A stretch of DNA of 64,000 nt, from the NCBI GenBank assembly GCA_963759085.1, contig CAVWXR010000011.1, positions 91,707 to 155,706 on the forward strand, written 5' to 3'. Shown here piece by piece: positions 1 through 10,325 of the stretch; positions within the stretch are counted from its first letter, which is position 1; each line of letters opens with the position of its first letter. Origin of the DNA: an uncultured Actinomycetes bacterium. Its GTDB lineage: Bacteria > Actinomycetota > Thermoleophilia > Gaiellales > Gaiellaceae. The notes beneath the pieces are model-generated. The model saw only the letters and a list, made by a program, of their open reading frames with translations, had not been told where the DNA came from and did no database searches. Position numbers and translations under genes: made by a program.

Positions 1-95
1 ACGCCGGCCGCGACCAGCGCGATCGAGAGCATCCCGAGCTCCGTCACCCGCGGTCGCGGGCGCGGCGGGCGCTTGCGGCAGCGGCGCGGCGGCCA

Positions 96-702
96 TCAGG
101 AGGCGAGCCTCGTCATGATCACGAGCGTCGCGACCTGCATCAGCCCGGTGACGCCGGCCACGTAGACGAAGCGGCGCATCAGCTGCGCGACGACCGCGGG
201 GTTCGGCTGCGGCTTCTTCAGCTCGAACAGCACGGCGATGTTCGCCGGCTGCAGCAGCCCGAGCGCCGCGACCGCCATCACGGCGACGACGATCATCGAC
301 GCGACGACCCAGGCGTGGCGGCCGTACGAGCCGGAGAGCATCCCGTTGATCCGGGCCAGCTGGAACCCGGACGCGAGCGTCATCGTCACGAGCGTCGGCA
401 TGATGAGCAGCATCTTCGGCATCAGGCGCGTGGTCAGCTCCACGCGCGCCGGGATCGAGAGCCGCCGCATGATCGGCCCGATCACGAAGCCCATGAACAG
501 GTCGACGCCGGTCCAGAGCCCACCGCCGACGACGTGGAAGAAGTCGAGCGCCCAGCGTCCAGTTCCCGGCGATCGAGACGACGAGCGCGACGAGGACGAC
601 GCCGACGACCGGCAGCCCGCGCACCGGGACGATGTCGAACCCGGGCCGCTCGACGGCTGCCGGCGGAGCCGTCACCTGGATCTCATGCTGCGCAACCGTC
701 AT
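96..702 (-). CDS. integral membrane protein of unknown family, paralog of 50547-51125; reading frame broken once
   Basis: Track ORF 96-494 (MGFVIGPIMRR...VIMTRLAS) matches the C-terminal two thirds of the 192-aa protein at 50547-51125 (shared GLWTGxDLFxGFxIGPI, MPTL, VxMxRLA). Similarity continues upstream in another frame (LDFFHVVGGGLWTGVDLF) to an ATG at 702, 7 nt after AGGAGG (revcomp of 711-716). The 607-nt length is not a multiple of 3, so there is one indel near 545-552. Confidence 0.6.
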
Positions 703-766
703 GCCCTCACCTCCTCGGATTCAGCCGCCCACTCTAGAACGAGGGCCGGATCTTCTCAAGAGGCGC

Positions 767-1630
767 TCACGGATTCGATGTGATCCGAGCCACTCCGGCC
801 TGCGTGCCGGCGTCGATCAGCGGGCGGAGTGGCGCTCCCTGGAGGTAGTGCTCGAGGAACGCCGTGGTCGCGCGGTCGACGATGCTCGCCCAGCGATCGG
901 TCGTCGTGTACGGCTCGAGATGTGCCGCGCCGATGAGCCAGAGCAGGAACTTCGGCCGCCGCATGAGGCCGTAGTAGGAGGTGGTCGTGGCCGGTGCGTT
1001 GAATGGATCAGCCGTGCCCTGGACGGCGAGCAGCGGCGGCGACCCCGGCGGCGGCTCCGCGAACCCCGGCAGCGCGGCGCCGGACATGATCATCGCGGCG
1101 TCGATTCGGCGATCGCGGAAGCGGCTGTCGTAGGCCACTGACAGCGCCGCCTCGGCGCCGTCCGACTGGCCCGCGATCGCGATCCTGCGGGAGTCGATCA
1201 GCCCGCGCAGCGGGCTGGCCGGCGCTGTCAGGCGCGAGATGACGAAGCTCAGGTCGCCGGGCTCGTTCTCGAGATCGCTCTCGGAAGGCCCGCCGGGCGC
1301 GTTCGGGCTCTCGACCGGGAAGATCGGAGCGGCGACGACGAAGCCGGCCGCGACCCAGGTGTCGAGCAGGCGCACGTAGACGTCCGGCGTCTCGATGAAC
1401 CCGTGCGCGAAGACGACGAGCGGGAACGGCGGGTGCCCGCCGGTCGGGTAGCGCACCTCGGTCACGAGCACGCGCGGCCCCGACGTGCCGTTGCTGAAGT
1501 GGGCGCGCCGTGAGCTGTCCACGAACCGGAGCACCCGAAGCTGGATCCGCGGCGCCGGCCCTGCGGCGGCGGCGGCCGCCGTCCACAGCAACGCCGCGCC
1601 GAGCAGCAGGGCGGTCGCGCGCGGGATCAC
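767..1630 (-). CDS. secreted alpha/beta hydrolase (chlorophyllase/dienelactone-hydrolase-like)
   Basis: C-terminal 287 codons of track ORF 767-2860. GTG at 1630 gives a signal-like N-terminus (VIPRATALLLGAALLWTAAAAAAG). Motifs VVFAHGF and the nucleophile elbow GQSDG are present. GTGA overlap with the upstream gene stop (1627-1630). Confidence 0.75.
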   Translation of the reverse strand: MIPRATALLLGAALLWTAAAAAAGPAPRIQLRVLRFVDSSRRAHFSNGTSGPRVLVTEVRYPTGGHPPFPLVVFAHGFIETPDVYVRLLDTWVAAGFVVAAPIFPVESPNAPGGPSESDLENEPGDLSFVISRLTAPASPLRGLIDSRRIAIAGQSDGAEAALSVAYDSRFRDRRIDAAMIMSGAALPGFAEPPPGSPPLLAVQGTADPFNAPATTTSYYGLMRRPKFLLWLIGAAHLEPYTTTDRWASIVDRATTAFLEHYLQGAPLRPLIDAGTQAGVARITSNP

Positions 1631-2952
1631 TTGAACGGGACGGAGAAGAGGCCCGGCAGACGCCGGTAGACGGCGAAGAAGTCGCGATCGTCCGGAACGA
1701 GATAGCGGGTCGCCGGCTGCTGGTAGTTCGGCACCACCTTGGTCGGGATAAGGCCCGCGTCGTGGGTGTAGGTGATCAGCGTCGGCCACTCCGGGTTGAT
1801 GTCGAGCTGCATCGCGCGGACGGCCCCCGCCCGCTGCAGGATCTGGGCCAGCGTAGTGACTGTCTGGTAGTCCGCAGCCGCGTAGATCAGGTTGCCGTGA
1901 CGATCGATGCCGGCGCCGGTACGCCAGACGCGGACGGCGTTTCCGAGCGTGAAGCCCCACTGCGTGCTGTTGTTCAGGTTGGGGTTGAGCTGTCCGTTGT
2001 CGACGATCAGCGGCAGGCTCTGGCGCGCGAACGCGATCTGCGGCCCCGCGATCGGGCCGCCGGTCCAGGTCTTGATGTCGACGCGCCCGTCGCGGTAGGC
2101 GATCATCGTCGCGAGACCGTCTTTCAGCGGCTCGTACGCCTTGCCGCCGATCGACGATCCGTTGTCGCCGTCCCGGTAGATGAAGCCGCTGTTGAAGGTG
2201 GCGAGCAGCCGCCAGCGTTGTCCGGACGGCACCGACATCGGTCCCCGCACGGGCGCGCTCGGCGGCTCGTACCGGCCCGGGTAGTACGCAATCGAGGTGC
2301 GGGTGTGGTCGAACCACGCCACGTACGCGACGATGCGCGGATAGGCGACCTCGCTGCGGAACGTCGTCACGAGCACCGGCGGCCCACCGTCGATCGACGG
2401 CCCGGTCGACCGCCAGAGGCCCTCGCCGGGCAGCGGTTGCGCGAACACCGGCCTGATCGGGGGCGGCGGCGCCGCGAGCAGAGGCTTTGCCCGCGCCTTC
2501 GGGCGCGGTGCGGTCGCGAGCCCGACCAGCGGCAGTTTTGTCAGTTGCGGGCCGCCCTTCGAGGGGGCAGTCCAGCTGTAGTAGTAATGCTCGGCCTCGT
2601 CGACCAGCCAGTTGCCGTGGTGTTGCCTCAGCCACTCGACGCTCCGTGGCCAGAGCGGCAGGCTCGACGGCTTCAGCATCGCCGTCGCGTACGAGTAGAC
2701 CGCCGGCGACAGCAGAGCGACGATCGCCAGGCCCACGAGCAAGACGAACGCGCCTCCGTCGCCGCCGGCGAACGCGGCGCAAGGGGGTCGGGGGCATCTT
2801 CCGCCGGCTGTCGGTCGATTCCAGAACCGACAAGCTAAGCGCAATTCGTGAGAGCCGCATGAGCCGAGAAAGCGGCTGCGGGAAACCCTCGTCGGATTAC
2901 GGCATCCTGCGGATGGCGCAGCCCGCTCGGAGACGCACGATAGGCGCATCAT
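1627..2952 (-). CDS. phosphodiester glycosidase (DUF2233/NAGPA-like) family protein, N-terminal membrane anchor
   Basis: 441-aa ORF with a TM helix (AFVLLVGLAIVALLSPAVY) followed by ATFNSGFIYRDGDNG, AGIDRHGNLIYAAAD and AVRAMQLDINPEWPT. The start is uncertain: 2952 is the longest option and would overlap the divergent gene at 2951. Confidence 0.7.
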   Translation of the reverse strand: MMRLSCVSERAAPSAGCRNPTRVSRSRFLGSCGSHELRLACRFWNRPTAGGRCPRPPCAAFAGGDGGAFVLLVGLAIVALLSPAVYSYATAMLKPSSLPLWPRSVEWLRQHHGNWLVDEAEHYYYSWTAPSKGGPQLTKLPLVGLATAPRPKARAKPLLAAPPPPIRPVFAQPLPGEGLWRSTGPSIDGGPPVLVTTFRSEVAYPRIVAYVAWFDHTRTSIAYYPGRYEPPSAPVRGPMSVPSGQRWRLLATFNSGFIYRDGDNGSSIGGKAYEPLKDGLATMIAYRDGRVDIKTWTGGPIAGPQIAFARQSLPLIVDNGQLNPNLNNSTQWGFTLGNAVRVWRTGAGIDRHGNLIYAAADYQTVTTLAQILQRAGAVRAMQLDINPEWPTLITYTHDAGLIPTKVVPNYQQPATRYLVPDDRDFFAVYRRLPGLFSVPFK

Positions 2953-4318
2953 GTTCGCAGACCGCCGTGATGCGGGTCGTCAGCTCGCCGCAAGGCTCTC
3001 TCCGCTGGCCGCGGAGCAGCCGATCGTGTTCGCGCTGCCGCGTGGGGGCGTGCCGGTGGCCGTCGAGGTTGCCCGCGCGCTCGGCGCGCCGCTCGATGTG
3101 TTGACCGTCCGCAAGCTCGGTGCGCCGCAGAACCCGGAGTTGGGCATCGGCGCCGTCGCCGAAGGCGGTACCACCGTGGTGAATCAAGCCATTGCACGGA
3201 GCGTCGGGATGACGCAGGCGCTGTTCGAGCGCACGCTGGCGCGCGAGGAGCAGGAGGTGCTGCGCCGGATGGAGCGCTTCCGCGACGGACGGGCGCCGCT
3301 CGATGTGCGAGACCGAACCGTGATCGTGGTCGACGACGGCGTCGCGACCGGCCTGACCGATCTCGCCGCGGTGCGTGCGCTGCGGGAGCGCGGCGCGGCC
3401 CGGATCGTGGTCGCCGTGCCGGTCGGCTCGACGGAGGCCGTTGCGATGCTCGCCGAGGAGGCCGACGAGGTCGTCTGCCTGACGGTCTCCGACACCCTGC
3501 TCTCGATCGGCGGCTGGTACGACGACTTCTCCCAGCTCTCGGACGAGGAGGTACTCGCGCTGCTCGCCGAGGCGGGAGTTCCCGTTCCGACCGAAGCGGG
3601 AGTTCCCGTTCCGGAGGAGGCGGCCGGCGCGCCCCTGCGCGAGGTCGAGTTCGACCTGGGGGCGGTCAAGCTCAGAGGCGATCTGACTGTGCCGCCTGAA
3701 CCGCACGGTCTGGTCATCTTCGCCCACGGGAGCGGGAGCAGCCGCCTCAGCGCGCGCAACCGCGGCGTTGCCCGGACGCTCAACGGCGCAGGGTTCGCGA
3801 CGCTGCTGTTCGACCTCCTCTCCGAGCAGGAGAGCGGGCGGCGCGAGCTCGTCTTCGACGTCGCGCTGCTGGCCTCGCGGCTGGAGGCGGTGACGCGCTG
3901 GGCGCAGGAAGACCCGGCGACGCGGGAGCTCCCGATCGGCTACTTCGGCGCGTCGACCGGCGCTGCCGCCGCGCTCCTCGCCGCCGCCGAGGTCGGCGAC
4001 GCGGTGCGCGCCGTCGTCTCCCGTGGCGGACGGCCCGATCTCGCCGCCGACCGCCTCGCCGAGGTGCGGGCGCCGACGCTGCTGATCGTGGGCAGCTTCG
4101 ACGACGAGGTGCTGGAGCTCAACCGGCGCGCGGCGGAGCTCTTGCACTGCGAGCACCGGATCATGCTCGTCGACCGCGCCACGCACCTGTTCGAAGAGCC
4201 GGGCGCGCTGGAGATCGTGGCGAGCCTGGCCACCGAGTGGTTCACCTCTCACCTGGTCGGGAGCGGAACGCAAGAGGAGGTTGAGCATGGCCACCCCACA
4301 GGCGCTGCCACTCGCTGA
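2951..4318 (+). CDS. phosphoribosyltransferase domain fused to a dienelactone-hydrolase-like alpha/beta hydrolase domain
   Basis: 455 aa. The N-terminal half has PRTase motifs (PIVFALPRGGVPVAVEVA, TVIVVDDGVATGLT). The C-terminal half has LVIFAHGSGSSRLS and YFGASTGAAAALLAA. Confidence 0.8.
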   Translation: MFADRRDAGRQLAARLSPLAAEQPIVFALPRGGVPVAVEVARALGAPLDVLTVRKLGAPQNPELGIGAVAEGGTTVVNQAIARSVGMTQALFERTLAREEQEVLRRMERFRDGRAPLDVRDRTVIVVDDGVATGLTDLAAVRALRERGAARIVVAVPVGSTEAVAMLAEEADEVVCLTVSDTLLSIGGWYDDFSQLSDEEVLALLAEAGVPVPTEAGVPVPEEAAGAPLREVEFDLGAVKLRGDLTVPPEPHGLVIFAHGSGSSRLSARNRGVARTLNGAGFATLLFDLLSEQESGRRELVFDVALLASRLEAVTRWAQEDPATRELPIGYFGASTGAAAALLAAAEVGDAVRAVVSRGGRPDLAADRLAEVRAPTLLIVGSFDDEVLELNRRAAELLHCEHRIMLVDRATHLFEEPGALEIVASLATEWFTSHLVGSGTQEEVEHGHPTGAATR

Positions 4319-5648
4319 GAGCGCCGTCCTCGACACGGTTCGCCTGGACGCCCGGCCGCTGACCGGCGACCGGCACGACTACGACGCCCTGCTTGCCCGG
4401 GTCGGCGACGCGCGGATCGTGCTGCTCGGCGAGGCGAGCCACGGCACGCACGAGTTCTACCGCGAGCGGGCCCGCATCACCCAGCGCCTCGTCACCGAGC
4501 TGGGGTTCACGGCGGTGGCGATCGAGGGCGACTGGCCCGACGCCGACCGTGTCAACCGGTACGTTCGCGGCGCGGGCGAGGACGCCGACGCCGAGGAGGC
4601 GCTGCGCGGCTTCCGCCGCTTCCCGACCTGGATGTGGCGCAACGCCGACGTCCTGGACTTCGTCGGCTGGCTGCGTGCCCACAACGACGGGCTCGGTCAC
4701 GGAGCGGAGAAAGTCGGCTTCTACGGCCTCGACCTCTACAGCCTGGGCGCTTCGATGGAGGCTGTCATCAACTATCTCGACGCCGAGGACCCGGAGGCGG
4801 CGAAGCGCGCCCGCGCGCGCTACGAGTGCCTTCAGCCCTATTCGCGGGAGAGCTCCGGCTACGGGCAGGCCGTCCTGCTCGGCGTCAGCGAGCCGTGCCG
4901 CCGCCGCGTGCTCGAGGAGCTGGTCGAGCTGCGCCGCAGCGCCGGCGAGTATCTGCTCCGCGATGGATCGGCCGCCGAGGACGAGTACTTCGTCGCCGAG
5001 CAGAACGCGTCGGTGGTCGCGAACGCCGAGGAGTACTACCGCACGATGTTCGGCGCCGGCGCGACGTCGTGGAACCTGCGCGACCGCCACATGGCCGACA
5101 CGCTCGACCAGCTGATGGTGCACCTCGACCGTCGCGGAGCGACGAGCCGCGTCGTCGTCTGGGAGCACAACTCGCACATCGGCGATGCCCGTGCGACCGA
5201 GATGGCCGGCCGCGGCGAGCTGAACATCGGGCAGTTGATGCGCGAGCGCCATGCCCGCGACGTCGTCCTCGTCGGCTTCACCACCTACACGGGGACCGTC
5301 ACCGCCGCCTCCGACTGGGGCGCCCCCGCGGAGCGCAAGCGGGTGCTGCCGGCTCTCGCGGACAGCTACGAGGCGCTCCTCCACGAGGCGGCGATCCCCG
5401 CGTTGCTGCTCTGCCCACTCGGTACGAGCCGCGCCGGTCGCGCCCTGCAGGAGCCTCGCCTCGAACGCGCGATCGGTGTCATCTACCGGCCGCAAACCGA
5501 GCGCCAGAGCCACTGGTTCGCAGCCAGCGCGGGCAGGCAGTTCGACGCGCTCGTGCACGTCGACGTCACCCGTGCCGTCGAGCCGCTGGAGCGCACCCAG
5601 ACCTGGGAGCTCGGCGAGCCGCCCGAGACCTACCCGAGCGCGCTGTAG
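4287..5648 (+). CDS. erythromycin esterase (EreA/EreB-like) family protein
   Basis: ATG 4287 lies 6 nt after GGAGG (4276-4280). Family-typical IVLLGEASHGTHEFY, PTWMWRNADV and VVVWEHNSHIGDARAT. Overlaps the end of the upstream gene by 32 nt. Confidence 0.8.
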   Translation: MATPQALPLAESAVLDTVRLDARPLTGDRHDYDALLARVGDARIVLLGEASHGTHEFYRERARITQRLVTELGFTAVAIEGDWPDADRVNRYVRGAGEDADAEEALRGFRRFPTWMWRNADVLDFVGWLRAHNDGLGHGAEKVGFYGLDLYSLGASMEAVINYLDAEDPEAAKRARARYECLQPYSRESSGYGQAVLLGVSEPCRRRVLEELVELRRSAGEYLLRDGSAAEDEYFVAEQNASVVANAEEYYRTMFGAGATSWNLRDRHMADTLDQLMVHLDRRGATSRVVVWEHNSHIGDARATEMAGRGELNIGQLMRERHARDVVLVGFTTYTGTVTAASDWGAPAERKRVLPALADSYEALLHEAAIPALLLCPLGTSRAGRALQEPRLERAIGVIYRPQTERQSHWFAASAGRQFDALVHVDVTRAVEPLERTQTWELGEPPETYPSAL

Positions 5649-5720
5649 CGGCCGCCAGCGGGGCCGGCCGATCGCGGCGCGTATGCTTCTCCGCGGCCGG
5701 AACCGGGGCGGCTCGAGTCG

Positions 5721-7355
5721 ATGCAGACATCCACGCTTCCGATCGCCGACCTGGCGGCCTCTCTCGGCCTCGAGTCGCAGGAGGTCGCTCCGTACGGAGG
5801 CTTCGCGGCGAAGCTCGAGCTGTCCGCGATCGACCGTCTCGCGGGGAAGCCCGACGCGCGGCTCGTCGCCGTCACGGCGATGACGCCGACGAAGGCGGGC
5901 GAGGGCAAGACGACGACCGCGATCTCGCTGGTCGACGGCCTGCGGCGGGTCGGGGAGCGCTCGCTGCTTTGCATCCGCGAGCCGTCGCTCGGGCCGGTGT
6001 TCGGGATCAAGGGGGGCGGCACCGGCGGCGGGCGGGCGCAGCTCGTGCCGATGGAGCAGATCAACCTCCACTTCACGGGCGACATCCACGCGATCGGCGC
6101 CGCGAACAACCTGCTCGCCGCCATGATCGAGTCGCAGTTCGTCCACGCCAACCCGCTCGGTCTCGACCCGGCCTCGATCAGCTGGCGGCGCTGCGTCGAC
6201 ATGGACGACCGCGCGCTGCGCCAGATCACGGTCGGCCTCGGCGGCGCCGTGAACGGCGCGCCGCGCGCGACGGGCTTCGACATCACCGCCGCGTCCGAGG
6301 TGATGGCGATCGTCGCCGTCGCCCGTGACCTGGGCGATCTGCGCCGGCGGCTAGGCGCGATCACCGTCGGCGAGACGCTCGAAGGCGAGCCCGTCACCGC
6401 CGAGCAGATCGGCGCCGCCGGCTCGATGACGGTGCTGCTGAAGGACGCGCTGAAGCCGAACCTCGTCCAGACCCTGGAGGGCACTCCCGCGCTCGTCCAC
6501 TGCGGCCCGTTCGCGAACATCGCCCACGGCAACAACTCGCTCGTCGCCGACCTGCTCGGCCTGAAGCTGGCCGACTACGTCGTGACCGAGAACGGCTTCG
6601 GCGCCGAGATGGGCTTCGAGAAGTTCGTCGACATCGTCTGCCGCCTCGGCGGGATCGCGCCCGCGACGGTGGTGCTCGTCGCGACGGTGCAGGCGCTCAA
6701 GCACCACGGCGGCGACCCCGAGGGCGGGGTGGCGGCGATGGAGCGCGGCGTCGAGAACCTGCGCGCGAACCTCCGGATCGTCCGCGAGGTCGGCCTGGAC
6801 TGCGTGATCGCGGTCAACCGCTTCCCGGGAGACTCCGCGGCGGAGATCGACGCAGCGGTACGTCTGGCCCGCGAGCTCGGCACTGCCGGCGTGGCGGTCA
6901 GCGACGGCTTCGAGCGGGGCGGGGAGGGGGCCGCCGAGCTCGCCGAGGCGGTCGTCGAGGCGGCGGCTGCGGCTCCGGCGAGCCCGCGCGCCCTCTACTC
7001 GCTGGACGAGCCGATCGAGGACAAGATCCGTGCGATCGCGACGCGCGCCTACGGCGCCGCGGGAGTCGAGCTCTCCCCACTCGCCCTCGAGCAGGCGGCG
7101 CGCTTCGAGCGCGAGGGCCTAGGCGCGCTGCCGGTCTGCATGGCGAAGACGCACCTCTCGCTCTCGCACGACCCGACGCTGATCGGCGCCCCGACGGGCT
7201 TCACGCTCCCGGTGCGAGAGCTGCGCCCGTACACGGGCGCGGGCTGGATCGTCGCCGTCTGCGGCGACATGCAGACGATGCCGGGCCTCCCGGCGGCAGC
7301 CGCCGCGCTGCGCATCGATATCGACCCGGCCGGAAACACGGTCGGTCTGCGCTAG
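5721..7355 (+). CDS. fhs: formate-tetrahydrofolate ligase
   Basis: Full-length 544 aa with [16 protein letters not shown] and [12 protein letters not shown]. Confidence 0.95.
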   Translation: MQTSTLPIADLAASLGLESQEVAPYGGFAAKLELSAIDRLAGKPDARLVAVTAMTPTKAGEGKTTTAISLVDGLRRVGERSLLCIREPSLGPVFGIKGGGTGGGRAQLVPMEQINLHFTGDIHAIGAANNLLAAMIESQFVHANPLGLDPASISWRRCVDMDDRALRQITVGLGGAVNGAPRATGFDITAASEVMAIVAVARDLGDLRRRLGAITVGETLEGEPVTAEQIGAAGSMTVLLKDALKPNLVQTLEGTPALVHCGPFANIAHGNNSLVADLLGLKLADYVVTENGFGAEMGFEKFVDIVCRLGGIAPATVVLVATVQALKHHGGDPEGGVAAMERGVENLRANLRIVREVGLDCVIAVNRFPGDSAAEIDAAVRLARELGTAGVAVSDGFERGGEGAAELAEAVVEAAAAAPASPRALYSLDEPIEDKIRAIATRAYGAAGVELSPLALEQAARFEREGLGALPVCMAKTHLSLSHDPTLIGAPTGFTLPVRELRPYTGAGWIVAVCGDMQTMPGLPAAAAALRIDIDPAGNTVGLR

Positions 7356-7378
7356 AGGCTGGTGTAGCGTCCTGCTGG

Positions 7379-8410
7379 ATGCTCGCACTCGTGAAGGCGA
7401 ATGCCGCTCCGGGCCTCTGGCTCGAGCAGGTGGCCGAGCCTGAGATCGGAATCAACGACGTCCTGATCCGCGTGCACAAGACGGGGATCTGCGGGACCGA
7501 TCTGCACATCTACAACTGGGACGACTGGGCGCAGAAGACGATCGAGGTGCCGATGGTGATCGGCCACGAGTTCGTCGGCCACGTGGTGGCCGTCGGCGCC
7601 AACGTCAGCGACTTCGAGGCCGGCGACCTCGTCAGCGGCGAGGGCCACGTCGTCTGCGGGCGCTGCCGCAACTGCCTGGCCGGCCGGCGCCATCTGTGCG
7701 CCCACTCGATCGGCCTCGGCGTCAACCGCGCCGGCGCGTTCGCCGAGTACGTCTCGCTCCCGATGACGAACATCTGGAAGCACGCGCCGGGGATCGACGA
7801 GGAGGTGGCCGCGATCTTCGATCCCTTCGGCAACGCGGTGCACACGGCGCTCTCGTTCCCGGTGCTCGGCGAGGACGTGCTCGTCGCCGGCGCCGGCCCG
7901 ATCGGCTGCATGGCGACCGCCGTCGTGCGCCACGCCGGCGCGCGCCACGTCGTCGTCTCCGACCCGAACCCCTACCGCCTCGAGCTGGCGCGGCGGATGG
8001 GCGCGACGCTCGCGATCGACCCCCGCGAGCGCGACCTGCCCGGCGTGCAGCGCGAGCTGGGCATGACCGAGGGCTTCGACGTCGGCCTCGAGATGTCGGG
8101 CAACCCGGAGGCGCTGAAGGCGATGGTCGCGAACATGGCCCACGGCGGCCGCATCGCGCTGCTCGGGATCCCGTCCGAGCCGATCACGCTCGACCTGAGC
8201 CCGCTGATCTTCAACATGCTCACGGTCAAGGGCATCTACGGCCGCGAGATGTACGAGACCTGGTACCAGATGACGGTGATGCTCCAGTCCGGGCTCGACA
8301 TCGGCCCGGTGATCACGCACCGCTTCTCGTGCCGCGACTACGAGGAGGCCTTCGCCGTCGCCCGCTCCGGGCAGTCGGGCAAGGTCATCCTCGACTGGAC
8401 CGACATCTAG
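7379..8410 (+). CDS. tdh: L-threonine 3-dehydrogenase (Zn-dependent)
   Basis: [19 protein letters not shown], structural-zinc cysteines [16 protein letters not shown], and Rossmann [11 protein letters not shown]. Followed directly by kbl. Confidence 0.95.
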   Translation: MLALVKANAAPGLWLEQVAEPEIGINDVLIRVHKTGICGTDLHIYNWDDWAQKTIEVPMVIGHEFVGHVVAVGANVSDFEAGDLVSGEGHVVCGRCRNCLAGRRHLCAHSIGLGVNRAGAFAEYVSLPMTNIWKHAPGIDEEVAAIFDPFGNAVHTALSFPVLGEDVLVAGAGPIGCMATAVVRHAGARHVVVSDPNPYRLELARRMGATLAIDPRERDLPGVQRELGMTEGFDVGLEMSGNPEALKAMVANMAHGGRIALLGIPSEPITLDLSPLIFNMLTVKGIYGREMYETWYQMTVMLQSGLDIGPVITHRFSCRDYEEAFAVARSGQSGKVILDWTDI

Positions 8411-8418
8411 GAGGCCCC

Positions 8419-9603
8419 GTGTACGGAACGCTGCGAGACGATCTACGAGCCAGGTTGGACGAGGTCCGCGAGGCGGGAACGTACAAGACCGAGCTCGTCA
8501 TGACGACGCCGCAGGGCGCCCACGTCCAGGTCGACGGCCGCGGCGAGCTGCTGAATCTCTGCGCGAACAACTACCTCGGCCTCGCCAGCCACCCCGCGAT
8601 CGTCGCGGCGGCGCACGAGGCGCTCGACCGCTGGGGCTACGGGATGGCGTCGGTCCGGTTCATCTGCGGGACGCAGGCGCTGCACCGCGAGCTCGAGGAG
8701 GCCCTCTCGCACTTCCTCGGCACCGACGACACGATCCTCTTCAGCTCGTGCTTCGACGCGAACGGCGGCCTGTTCGAGGCGCTGCTCGGCGAGGAGGACG
8801 CCGTCATCTCCGACCAGCTGAACCACGCGTCGATCATCGACGGCATCCGCCTCTGCAAGGCGCAGCGGTTGCGCTACGCCAACGGGGACATGGAGGAGCT
8901 GGAAGCGCGCCTGGAGGAGTCCGCCGGCGCGCGTTACCGGCTGATCGCGACCGACGGCGTCTTCTCGATGGACGGCTACCTGGCCCGGCTCGACCGGATC
9001 TGCGACCTGGCCGAGCGCCACGACGCGCTCGTGATGGTCGACGACTCGCATGCGGTCGGCGTCGTCGGCCCGGGCGGGCGCGGAACGCCCGAGCACCACG
9101 GGGTGATCGAGCGGGTGGACATCCTCACCGGCACGCTCGGCAAGGCGATCGGCGGTGCGAGCGGCGGCTACGTCTCCGGTCGGCGGGAGATCGTCGAGCT
9201 GCTGCGCCAGCGCGCCCGGCCGTATCTGTTCTCGAACAGCGTCGCGCCCCCGGTCGCCGCCGCGAGCCTGCGCGCTCTCGAGCTGATCGAGAGCTCGCAC
9301 GAGCTGCGCGACCGCCTCCGCGAGAACACCGCGCACTTCCGCTCGCGGATGACCGAGCTCGGCTTCGACATCCTTCCCGGTGAGCACCCGATCGTGCCGG
9401 TGATGATCGGCGACGAGCTCGAGGCGGCGCGGTTCTCCGAGCGGCTCGTCGCGCTCGGCGTCTACGCGGTGAGCTTCTCGTTTCCCGTCGTGCCACGAGG
9501 GTCGGCGCGGATCCGGACGCAGATGTCGGCTGCGCACTCCGTTGCCGACATCGACTTTGCGGTGGAGCGGTTTGTCGAGGCGCGTGAGTCACTGGCCGTC
9601 TGA
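8419..9603 (+). CDS. kbl: 2-amino-3-ketobutyrate CoA ligase (glycine C-acetyltransferase)
   Basis: GTG 8419 follows GGAGG (8410-8414), in the frame of the chimeric track ORF 7696-9603. [20 protein letters not shown], and the PLP lysine in [11 protein letters not shown]. Confidence 0.95.
   Translation: MYGTLRDDLRARLDEVREAGTYKTELVMTTPQGAHVQVDGRGELLNLCANNYLGLASHPAIVAAAHEALDRWGYGMASVRFICGTQALHRELEEALSHFLGTDDTILFSSCFDANGGLFEALLGEEDAVISDQLNHASIIDGIRLCKAQRLRYANGDMEELEARLEESAGARYRLIATDGVFSMDGYLARLDRICDLAERHDALVMVDDSHAVGVVGPGGRGTPEHHGVIERVDILTGTLGKAIGGASGGYVSGRREIVELLRQRARPYLFSNSVAPPVAAASLRALELIESSHELRDRLRENTAHFRSRMTELGFDILPGEHPIVPVMIGDELEAARFSERLVALGVYAVSFSFPVVPRGSARIRTQMSAAHSVADIDFAVERFVEARESLAV
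9365..9451 (+). repeat. 87-bp segment of kbl that recurs perfectly at 10371-10457
   Basis: Base-by-base comparison gives 87/87 identity (TCGACATCCTTCCCGGTGAG...GAGCGGCTCGTCG). The flanking bases differ on both sides. Confidence 0.95.
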
Positions 9604-9672
9604 AGCGGTCGAGGCCGACGTACGCGCCGTCCTTGGTGAAGGCGGCAGAGCGATCGACCCTATGATCTTCGG

Positions 9673-10320
9673 ATGCCTGGAACCGCAGCTCGACTCGCCG
9701 GGCTCATCGTTGCAGTTGCCGTGCTGTCGTCGTCCGCCGCGATCGCACGGGGGGCGACGCCACGCCCGGATAGCCACGACCGGGCGCTGATCTCGCGACT
9801 GGCCGCCAAGGTGAGCAGCTTCCAGGCGATTGCCGCGAAGACGAGTGACGATAGCGCGCTCGAGAAGTCCCTCGACAACTGCCCTGCGTTCAAGAAGGAT
9901 CCGAGCAATCTCTTTGCGGCGGTGGTCGCGCTCTTGCCTGCGCTGCTGATCGAGGTCGTCAACGAGGCCAAGCCGCAGCTCGTCCAGTTGCGCGACCTGG
10001 TTGCCGGCATGGATGCTCACGCGCCGCTGTTCGATCGGTGGCTCGCGGCTGAGGCCGACAGCTTCCGCCTCATCCTTCGGTTCGACAACCATGGGAAGAA
10101 GATCGACTACTGCAAGGCTGCCACGGTGATGCTCGCCAAGAGCTCGACCGCGCAGGACATCCGCAACGCATTCGGAATCGACCCGGCGGCGATCGCGGCC
10201 CTGTTCGACACGAGCCCGTCGTCGGTGAGCGTGAGGTTGAAGAGCTTGAACCCGCAGATACGCCCGTTCCTCGTGCTCGGAGGCCTCTCCACGAAAATGG
10301 CCCGGCAGCTGACAACCTGA
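9673..10320 (+). CDS. hypothetical secreted/exported all-helical protein
   Basis: 215-aa ORF with a signal-like N-terminus (LAGLIVAVAVLSSSAAIARG). Composition is protein-like and GC is lower than in the neighbours. I recognise no family. Confidence 0.55.
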   Translation: MPGTAARLAGLIVAVAVLSSSAAIARGATPRPDSHDRALISRLAAKVSSFQAIAAKTSDDSALEKSLDNCPAFKKDPSNLFAAVVALLPALLIEVVNEAKPQLVQLRDLVAGMDAHAPLFDRWLAAEADSFRLILRFDNHGKKIDYCKAATVMLAKSSTAQDIRNAFGIDPAAIAALFDTSPSSVSVRLKSLNPQIRPFLVLGGLSTKMARQLTT

Positions 10321-10325
10321 TGCTC

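Noticed and set aside
767-2860. A 697-aa ORF that would be one large protein.
   Set aside because: Only the last 287 codons look like a protein (alpha/beta hydrolase). The upstream part is Arg-rich junk that overlaps the real phosphodiester glycosidase gene in another frame.
5649-5720. ZTP (pfl) riboswitch upstream of fhs.
   Set aside because: The gap is only about 70 nt and lacks the conserved two-part pfl motif.
4242-6146. Very long antisense ORFs: 4242-6146 (634 aa), 20557-22119, 35540-37324 (594 aa), 44976-46772 (598 aa), 37341-39029 and many others in the track.
   Set aside because: They lie opposite well-supported genes. They translate to Arg/Ala/Gly/Pro-rich low-complexity sequence with no recognisable motifs. 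This is the usual stop-codon-poor antisense artefact of a ~70 percent GC genome.
7696-9603. A 635-aa ORF spanning tdh and kbl.
   Set aside because: The first 240 codons are an out-of-frame reading of tdh. Kbl starts at GTG 8419, which has a good RBS.
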